36,016 nucleotides of DNA from Escherichia phage T7. Of this stretch, positions 8,104 to 19,045 are shown in pieces. The stretch is taken from sequence record PV223880.1; one strand, written 5' to 3'. Every line of letters begins with the position of its first letter. Position 1 is the first letter of the stretch. A program made the position numbers and the translations under genes. Under the pieces are notes generated by a model that saw only the letters and a program-made list of their open reading frames with translations, searched no databases and was not told the origin of the DNA.

Positions 8104-8533
8104 AGGAATCCGAAAGGTTGGAGCGTTTCGCTCTGGCCTAGAGGACAAGGTTTCAAAGCAGTTGGAATCAAAAGGTATTAAATTCGAGTATGAAGAGTGG
8201 AAAGTGCCTTATGTAATTCCGGCGAGCAATCACACTTACACTCCAGACTTCTTACTTCCAAACGGTATATTCGTTGAGACAAAGGGTCTGTGGGAAAGCG
8301 ATGATAGAAAGAAGCACTTATTAATTAGGGAGCAGCACCCCGAGCTAGACATCCGTATTGTCTTCTCAAGCTCACGTACTAAGTTATACAAAGGTTCTCC
8401 AACGTCTTATGGAGAGTTCTGCGAAAAGCATGGTATTAAGTTCGCTGATAAACTGATACCTGCTGAGTGGATAAAGGAACCCAAGAAGGAGGTCCCCTTT
8501 GATAGATTAAAAAGGAAAGGAGGAAAGAAATAA
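8084..8533 (+). CDS. 3: Endonuclease I, Holliday junction resolvase (gene 3), 149 aa
   Basis: MAGYGAKGIRKVGAFRSGLEDKVSKQLESKGIKFEYEEWKVPYVIP... Confidence 0.95.
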   Translation: MAGYGAKGIRKVGAFRSGLEDKVSKQLESKGIKFEYEEWKVPYVIPASNHTYTPDFLLPNGIFVETKGLWESDDRKKHLLIREQHPELDIRIVFSSSRTKLYKGSPTSYGEFCEKHGIKFADKLIPAEWIKEPKKEVPFDRLKRKGGKK

Positions 8534-8988
8534 TGGCTCGTGTACAGTTTAAACAACGTGAATCTACTGACGCAATCTTTGTTCACTGCTCGGCTACCAA
8601 GCCAAGTCAGAATGTTGGTGTCCGTGAGATTCGCCAGTGGCACAAAGAGCAGGGTTGGCTCGATGTGGGATACCACTTTATCATCAAGCGAGACGGTACT
8701 GTGGAGGCAGGACGAGATGAGATGGCTGTAGGCTCTCACGCTAAGGGTTACAACCACAACTCTATCGGCGTCTGCCTTGTTGGTGGTATCGACGATAAAG
8801 GTAAGTTCGACGCTAACTTTACGCCAGCCCAAATGCAATCCCTTCGCTCACTGCTTGTCACACTGCTGGCTAAGTACGAAGGCGCTGTGCTTCGCGCCCA
8901 TCATGAGGTGGCGCCGAAGGCTTGCCCTTCGTTCGACCTTAAGCGTTGGTGGGAGAAGAACGAACTGGTCACTTCTGACCGTGGATAA
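8533..8988 (+). CDS. 3.5: Lysozyme / N-acetylmuramoyl-L-alanine amidase, T7 RNAP inhibitor (gene 3.5), 151 aa
   Basis: MARVQFKQRESTDAIFVHCSATKPSQNVGVREIRQWHKEQGWLDVGYHFIIKRDG... Confidence 0.97.
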   Translation: MARVQFKQRESTDAIFVHCSATKPSQNVGVREIRQWHKEQGWLDVGYHFIIKRDGTVEAGRDEMAVGSHAKGYNHNSIGVCLVGGIDDKGKFDANFTPAQMQSLRSLLVTLLAKYEGAVLRAHHEVAPKACPSFDLKRWWEKNELVTSDRG

Positions 8989-8989
8989 T

Positions 8990-9012
8990 TAATTGAACTC
9001 ACTAAAGGGAGA
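8990..9012 (+). promoter_or_regulatory. phi3.8: T7 RNAP promoter phi3.8
   Basis: taattgaactcactaaagggaga. Confidence 0.85.
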
Positions 9013-9051
9013 CCACAGCGGTTTCCCTTTGTTCGCATTGGAGGTCAAATA

Positions 9052-10829
<1,778 letters not shown>

Positions 10830-10869
10830 AGAGATTGTTAAGTCACGATAATCAATAGGAGAAATCAAT

Positions 10870-12984
10870 ATGATCGTTTCTGACATCGAAGCTAACGCCC
10901 TCTTAGAGAGCGTCACTAAGTTCCACTGCGGGGTTATCTACGACTACTCCACCGCTGAGTACGTAAGCTACCGTCCGAGTGACTTCGGTGCGTATCTGGA
11001 TGCGCTGGAAGCCGAGGTTGCACGAGGCGGTCTTATTGTGTTCCACAACGGTCACAAGTATGACGTTCCTGCATTGACCAAACTGGCAAAGTTGCAATTG
11101 AACCGAGAGTTCCACCTTCCTCGTGAGAACTGTATTGACACCCTTGTGTTGTCACGTTTGATTCATTCCAACCTCAAGGACACCGATATGGGTCTTCTGC
11201 GTTCCGGCAAGTTGCCCGGAAAACGCTTTGGGTCTCACGCTTTGGAGGCGTGGGGTTATCGCTTAGGCGAGATGAAGGGTGAATACAAAGACGACTTTAA
11301 GCGTATGCTTGAAGAGCAGGGTGAAGAATACGTTGACGGAATGGAGTGGTGGAACTTCAACGAAGAGATGATGGACTATAACGTTCAGGACGTTGTGGTA
11401 ACTAAAGCTCTCCTTGAGAAGCTACTCTCTGACAAACATTACTTCCCTCCTGAGATTAACTTTACGGACGTAGGATACACTACGTTCTGGTCAGAATCCC
11501 TTGAGGCCGTTGACATTGAACATCGTGCTGCATGGCTGCTCGCTAAACAAGAGCGCAACGGGTTCCCGTTTGACACAAAAGCAATCGAAGAGTTGTACGT
11601 AGAGTTAGCTGCTCGCCGCTCTGAGTTGCTCCGTAAATTGACCGAAACGTTCGGCTCGTGGTATCAGCCTAAAGGTGGCACTGAGATGTTCTGCCATCCG
11701 CGAACAGGTAAGCCACTACCTAAATACCCTCGCATTAAGACACCTAAAGTTGGTGGTATCTTTAAGAAGCCTAAGAACAAGGCACAGCGAGAAGGCCGTG
11801 AGCCTTGCGAACTTGATACCCGCGAGTACGTTGCTGGTGCTCCTTACACCCCAGTTGAACATGTTGTGTTTAACCCTTCGTCTCGTGACCACATTCAGAA
11901 GAAACTCCAAGAGGCTGGGTGGGTCCCGACCAAGTACACCGATAAGGGTGCTCCTGTGGTGGACGATGAGGTACTCGAAGGAGTACGTGTAGATGACCCT
12001 GAGAAGCAAGCCGCTATCGACCTCATTAAAGAGTACTTGATGATTCAGAAGCGAATCGGACAGTCTGCTGAGGGAGACAAAGCATGGCTTCGTTATGTTG
12101 CTGAGGATGGTAAGATTCATGGTTCTGTTAACCCTAATGGAGCAGTTACGGGTCGTGCGACCCATGCGTTCCCAAACCTTGCGCAAATTCCGGGTGTACG
12201 TTCTCCTTATGGAGAGCAGTGTCGCGCTGCTTTTGGCGCTGAGCACCATTTGGATGGGATAACTGGTAAGCCTTGGGTTCAGGCTGGCATCGACGCATCC
12301 GGTCTTGAGCTACGCTGCTTGGCTCACTTCATGGCTCGCTTTGATAACGGCGAGTACGCTCACGAGATTCTTAACGGCGACATCCACACTAAGAACCAGA
12401 TAGCTGCTGAACTACCTACCCGAGATAACGCTAAGACGTTCATCTATGGGTTCCTCTATGGTGCTGGTGATGAGAAGATTGGACAGATTGTTGGTGCTGG
12501 TAAAGAGCGCGGTAAGGAACTCAAGAAGAAATTCCTTGAGAACACCCCCGCGATTGCAGCACTCCGCGAGTCTATCCAACAGACACTTGTCGAGTCCTCT
12601 CAATGGGTAGCTGGTGAGCAACAAGTCAAGTGGAAACGCCGCTGGATTAAAGGTCTGGATGGTCGTAAGGTACACGTTCGTAGTCCTCACGCTGCCTTGA
12701 ATACCCTACTGCAATCTGCTGGTGCTCTCATCTGCAAACTGTGGATTATCAAGACCGAAGAGATGCTCGTAGAGAAAGGCTTGAAGCATGGCTGGGATGG
12801 GGACTTTGCGTACATGGCATGGGTACATGATGAAATCCAAGTAGGCTGCCGTACCGAAGAGATTGCTCAGGTGGTCATTGAGACCGCACAAGAAGCGATG
12901 CGCTGGGTTGGAGACCACTGGAACTTCCGGTGTCTTCTGGATACCGAAGGTAAGATGGGTCCTAATTGGGCGATTTGCCACTGA
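10870..12984 (+). CDS. 5: DNA polymerase (gene 5), 704 aa, family A with 3'-5' exonuclease
   Basis: [27 protein letters not shown]... full-length 704-aa ORF. Confidence 0.98.
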   Translation: MIVSDIEANALLESVTKFHCGVIYDYSTAEYVSYRPSDFGAYLDALEAEVARGGLIVFHNGHKYDVPALTKLAKLQLNREFHLPRENCIDTLVLSRLIHSNLKDTDMGLLRSGKLPGKRFGSHALEAWGYRLGEMKGEYKDDFKRMLEEQGEEYVDGMEWWNFNEEMMDYNVQDVVVTKALLEKLLSDKHYFPPEINFTDVGYTTFWSESLEAVDIEHRAAWLLAKQERNGFPFDTKAIEELYVELAARRSELLRKLTETFGSWYQPKGGTEMFCHPRTGKPLPKYPRIKTPKVGGIFKKPKNKAQREGREPCELDTREYVAGAPYTPVEHVVFNPSSRDHIQKKLQEAGWVPTKYTDKGAPVVDDEVLEGVRVDDPEKQAAIDLIKEYLMIQKRIGQSAEGDKAWLRYVAEDGKIHGSVNPNGAVTGRATHAFPNLAQIPGVRSPYGEQCRAAFGAEHHLDGITGKPWVQAGIDASGLELRCLAHFMARFDNGEYAHEILNGDIHTKNQIAAELPTRDNAKTFIYGFLYGAGDEKIGQIVGAGKERGKELKKKFLENTPAIAALRESIQQTLVESSQWVAGEQQVKWKRRWIKGLDGRKVHVRSPHAALNTLLQSAGALICKLWIIKTEEMLVEKGLKHGWDGDFAYMAWVHDEIQVGCRTEEIAQVVIETAQEAMRWVGDHWNFRCLLDTEGKMGPNWAICH

Positions 12985-13029
12985 TACAGGAGGCTACTCA
13001 AAAGGCATAAAACTATAGGAGAAATTATT

Positions 13030-13329
13030 ATGGCTATGACAAAGAAATTTAAAGTGTCCTTCGACGTTACCGCAAAGATGTCGTCTGACGTTCAGGCAAT
13101 CTTAGAGAAAGATATGCTGCATCTATGTAAGCAGGTCGGCTCAGGTGCGATTGTCCCCAATGGTAAACAGAAGGAAATGATTGTCCAGTTCCTGACACAC
13201 GGTATGGAAGGATTGATGACATTCGTAGTACGTACATCATTTCGTGAGGCCATTAAGGACATGCACGAAGAGTATGCAGATAAGGACTCTTTCAAACAAT
13301 CTCCTGCAACAGTACGGGAGGTGTTCTGA
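13030..13329 (+). CDS. 5.5: gene 5.5 protein (99 aa), H-NS binding
   Basis: MAMTKKFKVSFDVTAKMSSDVQAILEKDMLHLCKQVG... Confidence 0.9.
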   Translation: MAMTKKFKVSFDVTAKMSSDVQAILEKDMLHLCKQVGSGAIVPNGKQKEMIVQFLTHGMEGLMTFVVRTSFREAIKDMHEEYADKDSFKQSPATVREVF

Positions 13330-13538
13330 TGTCTGACTACCTGAAAGTGCTGCAAGCAATCAAAAGTTGCCCTAAGACTTTCCAGTCCAACTATGTACGG
13401 AACAATGCGAGCCTCGTAGCGGAGGCCGCTTCCCGTGGTCACATCTCGTGCCTGACTACTAGTGGACGTAACGGTGGCGCTTGGGAAATCACTGCTTCCG
13501 GTACTCGCTTTCTGAAACGAATGGGAGGATGTGTCTAA
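13329..13538 (+). CDS. 5.7: gene 5.7 protein (69 aa)
   Basis: MSDYLKVLQAIKSCPKTFQSNYVRNNASLVAEAASRGHISCLTT... Confidence 0.9.
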   Translation: MSDYLKVLQAIKSCPKTFQSNYVRNNASLVAEAASRGHISCLTTSGRNGGAWEITASGTRFLKRMGGCV

Positions 13539-13696
13539 TGTCTCGTGACCTTGTGACTATTCCACGCGATGTGTGGAACGATATACAGGGCTACATCGAC
13601 TCTCTGGAACGTGAGAACGATAGCCTTAAGAATCAACTAATGGAAGCTGACGAATACGTAGCGGAACTAGAGGAGAAACTTAATGGCACTTCTTGA
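13538..13696 (+). CDS. 5.9: gene 5.9 protein (52 aa), RecBCD inhibitor
   Basis: MSRDLVTIPRDVWNDIQGYIDSLERENDSLKNQLMEADEYVAELEEKLNGTS. Confidence 0.85.
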   Translation: MSRDLVTIPRDVWNDIQGYIDSLERENDSLKNQLMEADEYVAELEEKLNGTS

Positions 13697-14585
13697 CCTT
13701 AAACAATTCTATGAGTTACGTGAAGGCTGCGACGACAAGGGTATCCTTGTGATGGACGGCGACTGGCTGGTCTTCCAAGCTATGAGTGCTGCTGAGTTTG
13801 ATGCCTCTTGGGAGGAAGAGATTTGGCACCGATGCTGTGACCACGCTAAGGCCCGTCAGATTCTTGAGGATTCCATTAAGTCCTACGAGACCCGTAAGAA
13901 GGCTTGGGCAGGTGCTCCAATTGTCCTTGCGTTCACCGATAGTGTTAACTGGCGTAAAGAACTGGTTGACCCGAACTATAAGGCTAACCGTAAGGCCGTG
14001 AAGAAACCTGTAGGGTACTTTGAGTTCCTTGATGCTCTCTTTGAGCGCGAAGAGTTCTATTGCATCCGTGAGCCTATGCTTGAGGGTGATGACGTTATGG
14101 GAGTTATTGCTTCCAATCCGTCTGCCTTCGGTGCTCGTAAGGCTGTAATCATCTCTTGCGATAAGGACTTTAAGACCATCCCTAACTGTGACTTCCTGTG
14201 GTGTACCACTGGTAACATCCTGACTCAGACCGAAGAGTCCGCTGACTGGTGGCACCTCTTCCAGACCATCAAGGGTGACATCACTGATGGTTACTCAGGG
14301 ATTGCTGGATGGGGTGATACCGCCGAGGACTTCTTGAATAACCCGTTCATAACCGAGCCTAAAACGTCTGTGCTTAAGTCCGGTAAGAACAAAGGCCAAG
14401 AGGTTACTAAATGGGTTAAACGCGACCCTGAGCCTCATGAGACGCTTTGGGACTGCATTAAGTCCATTGGCGCGAAGGCTGGTATGACCGAAGAGGATAT
14501 TATCAAGCAGGGCCAAATGGCTCGAATCCTACGGTTCAACGAGTACAACTTTATTGACAAGGAGATTTACCTGTGGAGACCGTAG
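13683..14585 (+). CDS. 6: 5'-3' exonuclease (gene 6), 300 aa
   Basis: MALLDLKQFYELREGCDDKGILVMDGDWLVFQAMSAAEFD... Confidence 0.97.
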   Translation: MALLDLKQFYELREGCDDKGILVMDGDWLVFQAMSAAEFDASWEEEIWHRCCDHAKARQILEDSIKSYETRKKAWAGAPIVLAFTDSVNWRKELVDPNYKANRKAVKKPVGYFEFLDALFEREEFYCIREPMLEGDDVMGVIASNPSAFGARKAVIISCDKDFKTIPNCDFLWCTTGNILTQTEESADWWHLFQTIKGDITDGYSGIAGWGDTAEDFLNNPFITEPKTSVLKSGKNKGQEVTKWVKRDPEPHETLWDCIKSIGAKAGMTEEDIIKQGQMARILRFNEYNFIDKEIYLWRP

Positions 14586-14686
14586 CGTATATTGGTCTGG
14601 GTCTTTGTGTTCTCGGAGTGTGCCTCATTTCGTGGGGCCTTTGGGACTTAGCCAGAATAATCAAGTCGTTACACGACACTAAGTGA
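14573..14686 (+). CDS. 6.3: gene 6.3 protein (37 aa, GTG start), small hydrophobic
   Basis: GTG 14573 overlapping gene 6 end; ...GLGLCVLGVCLISWGLWDLARIIKSLHDTK*. Confidence 0.6.
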   Translation: METVAYIGLGLCVLGVCLISWGLWDLARIIKSLHDTK

Positions 14687-14755
14687 TAAACTCAAGGTCC
14701 CTAAATTAATACGACTCACTATAGGGAGATAGGGGCCTTTACGATTATTACTTTA
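14686..14755 (+). promoter_or_regulatory. R6.5: RNase III site R6.5 enclosing phi6.5
   Basis: aactcaaggtccc ... ggggcctttacgat flanking the promoter. Confidence 0.5.
14707..14729 (+). promoter_or_regulatory. phi6.5: T7 RNAP class III promoter phi6.5
   Basis: taatacgactcactatagggaga exact consensus. Confidence 0.95.
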
Positions 14756-14783
14756 AGATTTAACTCTAAGAGGAATCTTTATT

Positions 14784-15038
14784 ATGTTAACACCTATTAA
14801 CCAATTACTTAAGAACCCTAACGATATTCCAGATGTACCTCGTGCAACCGCTGAGTATCTACAGGTTCGATTCAACTATGCGTACCTCGAAGCGTCTGGT
14901 CATATAGGACTTATGCGTGCTAATGGTTGTAGTGAGGCCCACATCTTGGGTTTCATTCAGGGCCTACAGTATGCCTCTAACGTCATTGACGAGATTGAGT
15001 TACGCAAGGAACAACTAAGAGATGATGGGGAGGATTGA
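14784..15038 (+). CDS. 6.5: gene 6.5 protein (84 aa)
   Basis: [40 protein letters not shown]... Confidence 0.9.
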
Positions 15039-15042
15039 CACT

Positions 15043-15309
15043 ATGTGTTTCTCACCGAAAATTAAAACTCCGAAGATGGATACCAATCAGATTCGAGCCG
15101 TTGAGCCAGCGCCTCTGACCCAAGAAGTGTCAAGCGTGGAGTTCGGTGGGTCTTCTGATGAGACGGATACCGAGGGCACCGAAGTGTCTGGACGCAAAGG
15201 CCTCAAGGTCGAACGTGATGATTCCGTAGCGAAGTCTAAAGCCAGCGGCAATGGCTCCGCTCGTATGAAATCTTCCATCCGTAAGTCCGCATTTGGAGGT
15301 AAGAAGTGA
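15043..15309 (+). CDS. 6.7: gene 6.7 virion protein (88 aa)
   Basis: MCFSPKIKTPKMDTNQIRAVEPAPLTQEVSSVEFGG... Confidence 0.85.
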   Translation: MCFSPKIKTPKMDTNQIRAVEPAPLTQEVSSVEFGGSSDETDTEGTEVSGRKGLKVERDDSVAKSKASGNGSARMKSSIRKSAFGGKK

Positions 15310-15710
15310 TGTCTGAGTTCACATGTGTGGAGGCTAAGAGTCGCTTCCGTGCAATCCGGTGGACTGTGGAACACCTTGGGTTGCCTAAAGGATTCGAAGG
15401 ACACTTTGTGGGCTACAGCCTCTACGTAGACGAAGTGATGGACATGTCTGGTTGCCGTGAAGAGTACATTCTGGACTCTACCGGAAAACATGTAGCGTAC
15501 TTCGCGTGGTGCGTAAGCTGTGACATTCACCACAAAGGAGACATTCTGGATGTAACGTCCGTTGTCATTAATCCTGAGGCAGACTCTAAGGGCTTACAGC
15601 GATTCCTAGCGAAACGCTTTAAGTACCTTGCGGAACTCCACGATTGCGATTGGGTGTCTCGTTGTAAGCATGAAGGCGAGACAATGCGTGTATACTTTAA
15701 GGAGGTATAA
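15309..15710 (+). CDS. 7: gene 7 protein (133 aa), host-range / virion protein
   Basis: MSEFTCVEAKSRFRAIRWTVEHLGLPKGFEGHFVGYSLYVDEV... Confidence 0.9.
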   Translation: MSEFTCVEAKSRFRAIRWTVEHLGLPKGFEGHFVGYSLYVDEVMDMSGCREEYILDSTGKHVAYFAWCVSCDIHHKGDILDVTSVVINPEADSKGLQRFLAKRFKYLAELHDCDWVSRCKHEGETMRVYFKEV

Positions 15711-15713
15711 GTT

Positions 15714-16013
15714 ATGGGTAAGAAAGTTAAGAAGGCCGTGAAGAAAGTCACCAAGTCCGTTAAGAAAGTCGTTAAGGAAGGGGCTCGTCCGGTTAAACAG
15801 GTTGCTGGCGGTCTAGCTGGTCTGGCTGGTGGTACTGGTGAAGCACAGATGGTGGAAGCACCACAAGCTGCCGCACAGATTGTTGACGTACCTGAGAAAG
15901 AGGTTTCCACTGAGGACGAAGCACAGACAGAAAGCGGACGCAAGAAAGCTCGTGCTGGCGGTAAGAAATCCTTGAGTGTAGCCCGTAGCTCCGGTGGCGG
16001 TATCAACATTTAA
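15714..16013 (+). CDS. 7.3: gene 7.3 tail-associated protein (99 aa)
   Basis: MGKKVKKAVKKVTKSVKKVVKEGARPVKQVAGGLAGLAGG... Confidence 0.9.
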   Translation: MGKKVKKAVKKVTKSVKKVVKEGARPVKQVAGGLAGLAGGTGEAQMVEAPQAAAQIVDVPEKEVSTEDEAQTESGRKKARAGGKKSLSVARSSGGGINI

Positions 16014-16026
16014 TCAGGAGGTTATC

Positions 16027-16326
16027 GTGGAAGACTGCATTGAATGGACCGGAGGTGTCAACTCTAAGGGTTATGGTCGTAAGTGGGTTAATGGTAAACT
16101 TGTGACTCCACATAGGCACATCTATGAGGAGACATATGGTCCAGTTCCAACAGGAATTGTGGTGATGCATATCTGCGATAACCCTAGGTGCTATAACATA
16201 AAGCACCTTACGCTTGGAACTCCAAAGGATAATTCCGAGGACATGGTTACCAAAGGTAGACAGGCTAAAGGAGAGGAACTAAGCAAGTACTACAGCGTAA
16301 GACATGGAGACACATTTAATGGCTGA
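16027..16326 (+). pseudogene. 7.7: Gene 7.7 (HNH endonuclease-like) with internal frameshifting deletion; 99 codons instead of about 130
   Basis: GTG start; EDCIEWTGGVNSKGYGRKWVNGKLVTPHRHIYEE...HICDNPRCYNIKHL...GEELSK then out-of-frame tail YYSVRHGDTFNG*, ending 7 nt past the gene 8 ATG. Confidence 0.75.
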
Positions 16327-17929
16327 GAAACGAACAGGACTTGCGGAGGATGGCGCAAAGTCTGTCTATGAGCGTTTAAAGAACGACCGTGCTCCCTATG
16401 AGACACGCGCTCAGAATTGCGCTCAATATACCATCCCATCATTGTTCCCTAAGGACTCCGATAACGCCTCTACAGATTATCAAACTCCGTGGCAAGCCGT
16501 GGGCGCTCGTGGTCTGAACAATCTAGCCTCTAAGCTCATGCTGGCTCTATTCCCTATGCAGACTTGGATGCGACTTACTATATCTGAATATGAAGCAAAG
16601 CAGTTACTGAGCGACCCCGATGGACTCGCTAAGGTCGATGAGGGCCTCTCGATGGTAGAGCGTATCATCATGAACTACATTGAGTCTAACAGTTACCGCG
16701 TGACTCTCTTTGAGGCTCTCAAACAGTTAGTCGTAGCTGGTAACGTCCTGCTGTACCTACCGGAACCGGAAGGGTCAAACTATAATCCCATGAAGCTGTA
16801 CCGATTGTCTTCTTATGTGGTCCAACGAGACGCATTCGGCAACGTTCTGCAAATGGTGACTCGTGACCAGATAGCTTTTGGTGCTCTCCCTGAGGACATC
16901 CGTAAGGCTGTAGAAGGTCAAGGTGGTGAGAAGAAAGCTGATGAGACAATCGACGTGTACACTCACATCTATCTGGATGAGGACTCAGGTGAATACCTCC
17001 GATACGAAGAGGTCGAGGGTATGGAAGTCCAAGGCTCCGATGGGACTTATCCTAAAGAGGCTTGCCCATACATCCCGATTCGGATGGTCAGACTAGATGG
17101 TGAATCCTACGGTCGTTCGTACATTGAGGAATACTTAGGTGACTTACGGTCCCTTGAAAATCTCCAAGAGGCTATCGTCAAGATGTCCATGATTAGCTCT
17201 AAGGTTATCGGCTTAGTGAATCCTGCTGGTATCACCCAGCCACGCCGACTGACCAAAGCTCAGACTGGTGACTTCGTTACTGGTCGTCCAGAAGACATCT
17301 CGTTCCTCCAACTGGAGAAGCAAGCAGACTTTACTGTAGCTAAAGCCGTAAGTGACGCTATCGAGGCTCGCCTTTCGTTTGCCTTTATGTTGAACTCTGC
17401 GGTTCAGCGTACAGGTGAACGTGTGACCGCCGAAGAGATTCGGTATGTAGCTTCTGAACTTGAAGATACTTTAGGTGGTGTCTACTCTATCCTTTCTCAA
17501 GAATTACAATTGCCTCTGGTACGAGTGCTCTTGAAGCAACTACAAGCCACGCAACAGATTCCTGAGTTACCTAAGGAAGCCGTAGAGCCAACCATTAGTA
17601 CAGGTCTGGAAGCAATTGGTCGAGGACAAGACCTTGATAAGCTGGAGCGGTGTGTCACTGCGTGGGCTGCACTGGCACCTATGCGGGACGACCCTGATAT
17701 TAACCTTGCGATGATTAAGTTACGTATTGCCAACGCTATCGGTATTGACACTTCTGGTATTCTACTCACCGAAGAACAGAAGCAACAGAAGATGGCCCAA
17801 CAGTCTATGCAAATGGGTATGGATAATGGTGCTGCTGCGCTGGCTCAAGGTATGGCTGCACAAGCTACAGCTTCACCTGAGGCTATGGCTGCTGCCGCTG
17901 ATTCCGTAGGTTTACAGCCGGGAATTTAA
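16319..17929 (+). CDS. 8: Portal (head-tail connector) protein (gene 8), 536 aa
   Basis: MAEKRTGLAEDGAKSVYERLKNDRAPYETRAQ... to ...SVGLQPGI. Confidence 0.98.
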   Translation: MAEKRTGLAEDGAKSVYERLKNDRAPYETRAQNCAQYTIPSLFPKDSDNASTDYQTPWQAVGARGLNNLASKLMLALFPMQTWMRLTISEYEAKQLLSDPDGLAKVDEGLSMVERIIMNYIESNSYRVTLFEALKQLVVAGNVLLYLPEPEGSNYNPMKLYRLSSYVVQRDAFGNVLQMVTRDQIAFGALPEDIRKAVEGQGGEKKADETIDVYTHIYLDEDSGEYLRYEEVEGMEVQGSDGTYPKEACPYIPIRMVRLDGESYGRSYIEEYLGDLRSLENLQEAIVKMSMISSKVIGLVNPAGITQPRRLTKAQTGDFVTGRPEDISFLQLEKQADFTVAKAVSDAIEARLSFAFMLNSAVQRTGERVTAEEIRYVASELEDTLGGVYSILSQELQLPLVRVLLKQLQATQQIPELPKEAVEPTISTGLEAIGRGQDLDKLERCVTAWAALAPMRDDPDINLAMIKLRIANAIGIDTSGILLTEEQKQQKMAQQSMQMGMDNGAAALAQGMAAQATASPEAMAAAADSVGLQPGI

Positions 17930-17949
17930 TACGACTCACTATAGGGAGA
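17927..17949 (+). promoter_or_regulatory. phi9: T7 RNAP class III promoter phi9
   Basis: taatacgactcactatagggaga; overlaps gene 8 stop. Confidence 0.95.
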
Positions 17950-18028
17950 CCTCATCTTTGAAATGAGCGATGACAAGAGGTTGGAGTCCTCGGTCTTCCT
18001 GTAGTTCAACTTTAAGGAGACAATAATA

Positions 18029-18952
18029 ATGGCTGAATCTAATGCAGACGTATATGCATCTTTTGGCGTGAACTCCGCTGTGATGTCTGGTGGTTCCGTT
18101 GAGGAACATGAGCAGAACATGCTGGCTCTTGATGTTGCTGCCCGTGATGGCGATGATGCAATCGAGTTAGCGTCAGACGAAGTGGAAACAGAACGTGACC
18201 TGTATGACAACTCTGACCCGTTCGGTCAAGAGGATGACGAAGGCCGCATTCAGGTTCGTATCGGTGATGGCTCTGAGCCGACCGATGTGGACACTGGAGA
18301 AGAAGGCGTTGAGGGCACCGAAGGTTCCGAAGAGTTTACCCCACTGGGCGAGACTCCAGAAGAACTGGTAGCTGCCTCTGAGCAACTTGGTGAGCACGAA
18401 GAGGGCTTCCAAGAGATGATTAACATTGCTGCTGAGCGTGGCATGAGTGTCGAGACCATTGAGGCTATCCAGCGTGAGTACGAGGAGAACGAAGAGTTGT
18501 CCGCCGAGTCCTACGCTAAGCTGGCTGAAATTGGCTACACGAAGGCTTTCATTGACTCGTATATCCGTGGTCAAGAAGCTCTGGTGGAGCAGTACGTAAA
18601 CAGTGTCATTGAGTACGCTGGTGGTCGTGAACGTTTTGATGCACTGTATAACCACCTTGAGACGCACAACCCTGAGGCTGCACAGTCGCTGGATAATGCG
18701 TTGACCAATCGTGACTTAGCGACCGTTAAGGCTATCATCAACTTGGCTGGTGAGTCTCGCGCTAAGGCGTTCGGTCGTAAGCCAACTCGTAGTGTGACTA
18801 ATCGTGCTATTCCGGCTAAACCTCAGGCTACCAAGCGTGAAGGCTTTGCGGACAGTAGCGAGATGATTAAAGCTATGAGTGACCCTCGGTATCGCACAGA
18901 TGCCAACTATCGTCGTCAAGTCGAACAGAAAGTAATCGATTCGAACTTCTGA
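18029..18952 (+). CDS. 9: Scaffolding protein (gene 9), 307 aa, acidic
   Basis: MAESNADVYASFGVNSAVMSGGSVEEHEQNMLALD... Confidence 0.97.
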   Translation: MAESNADVYASFGVNSAVMSGGSVEEHEQNMLALDVAARDGDDAIELASDEVETERDLYDNSDPFGQEDDEGRIQVRIGDGSEPTDVDTGEEGVEGTEGSEEFTPLGETPEELVAASEQLGEHEEGFQEMINIAAERGMSVETIEAIQREYEENEELSAESYAKLAEIGYTKAFIDSYIRGQEALVEQYVNSVIEYAGGRERFDALYNHLETHNPEAAQSLDNALTNRDLATVKAIINLAGESRAKAFGRKPTRSVTNRAIPAKPQATKREGFADSSEMIKAMSDPRYRTDANYRRQVEQKVIDSNF

Positions 18953-18965
18953 TAGACTTCGAAAT

Positions 18966-18988
18966 TAATACGACTCACTATAGGGAGA
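18966..18988 (+). promoter_or_regulatory. phi10: T7 RNAP class III promoter phi10
   Basis: taatacgactcactatagggaga. Confidence 0.97.
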
Positions 18989-19045
18989 CCACAACGGTTT
19001 CCCTCTAGAAATAATTTTGTTTAACTTTAAGAAGGAGATATACAT
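18983..19045 (+). promoter_or_regulatory. Gene 10 5' leader with strong ribosome-binding site
   Basis: gggagaccacaacggtttccctctagaaataattttgtttaactttaagaaggagatatacat upstream of ATG 19046. Confidence 0.9.

Noticed and set aside
11716-12249. 177-aa minus-strand ORF inside DNA polymerase gene 5
   Set aside because: Antisense to an essential, fully intact gene with no expression signals.
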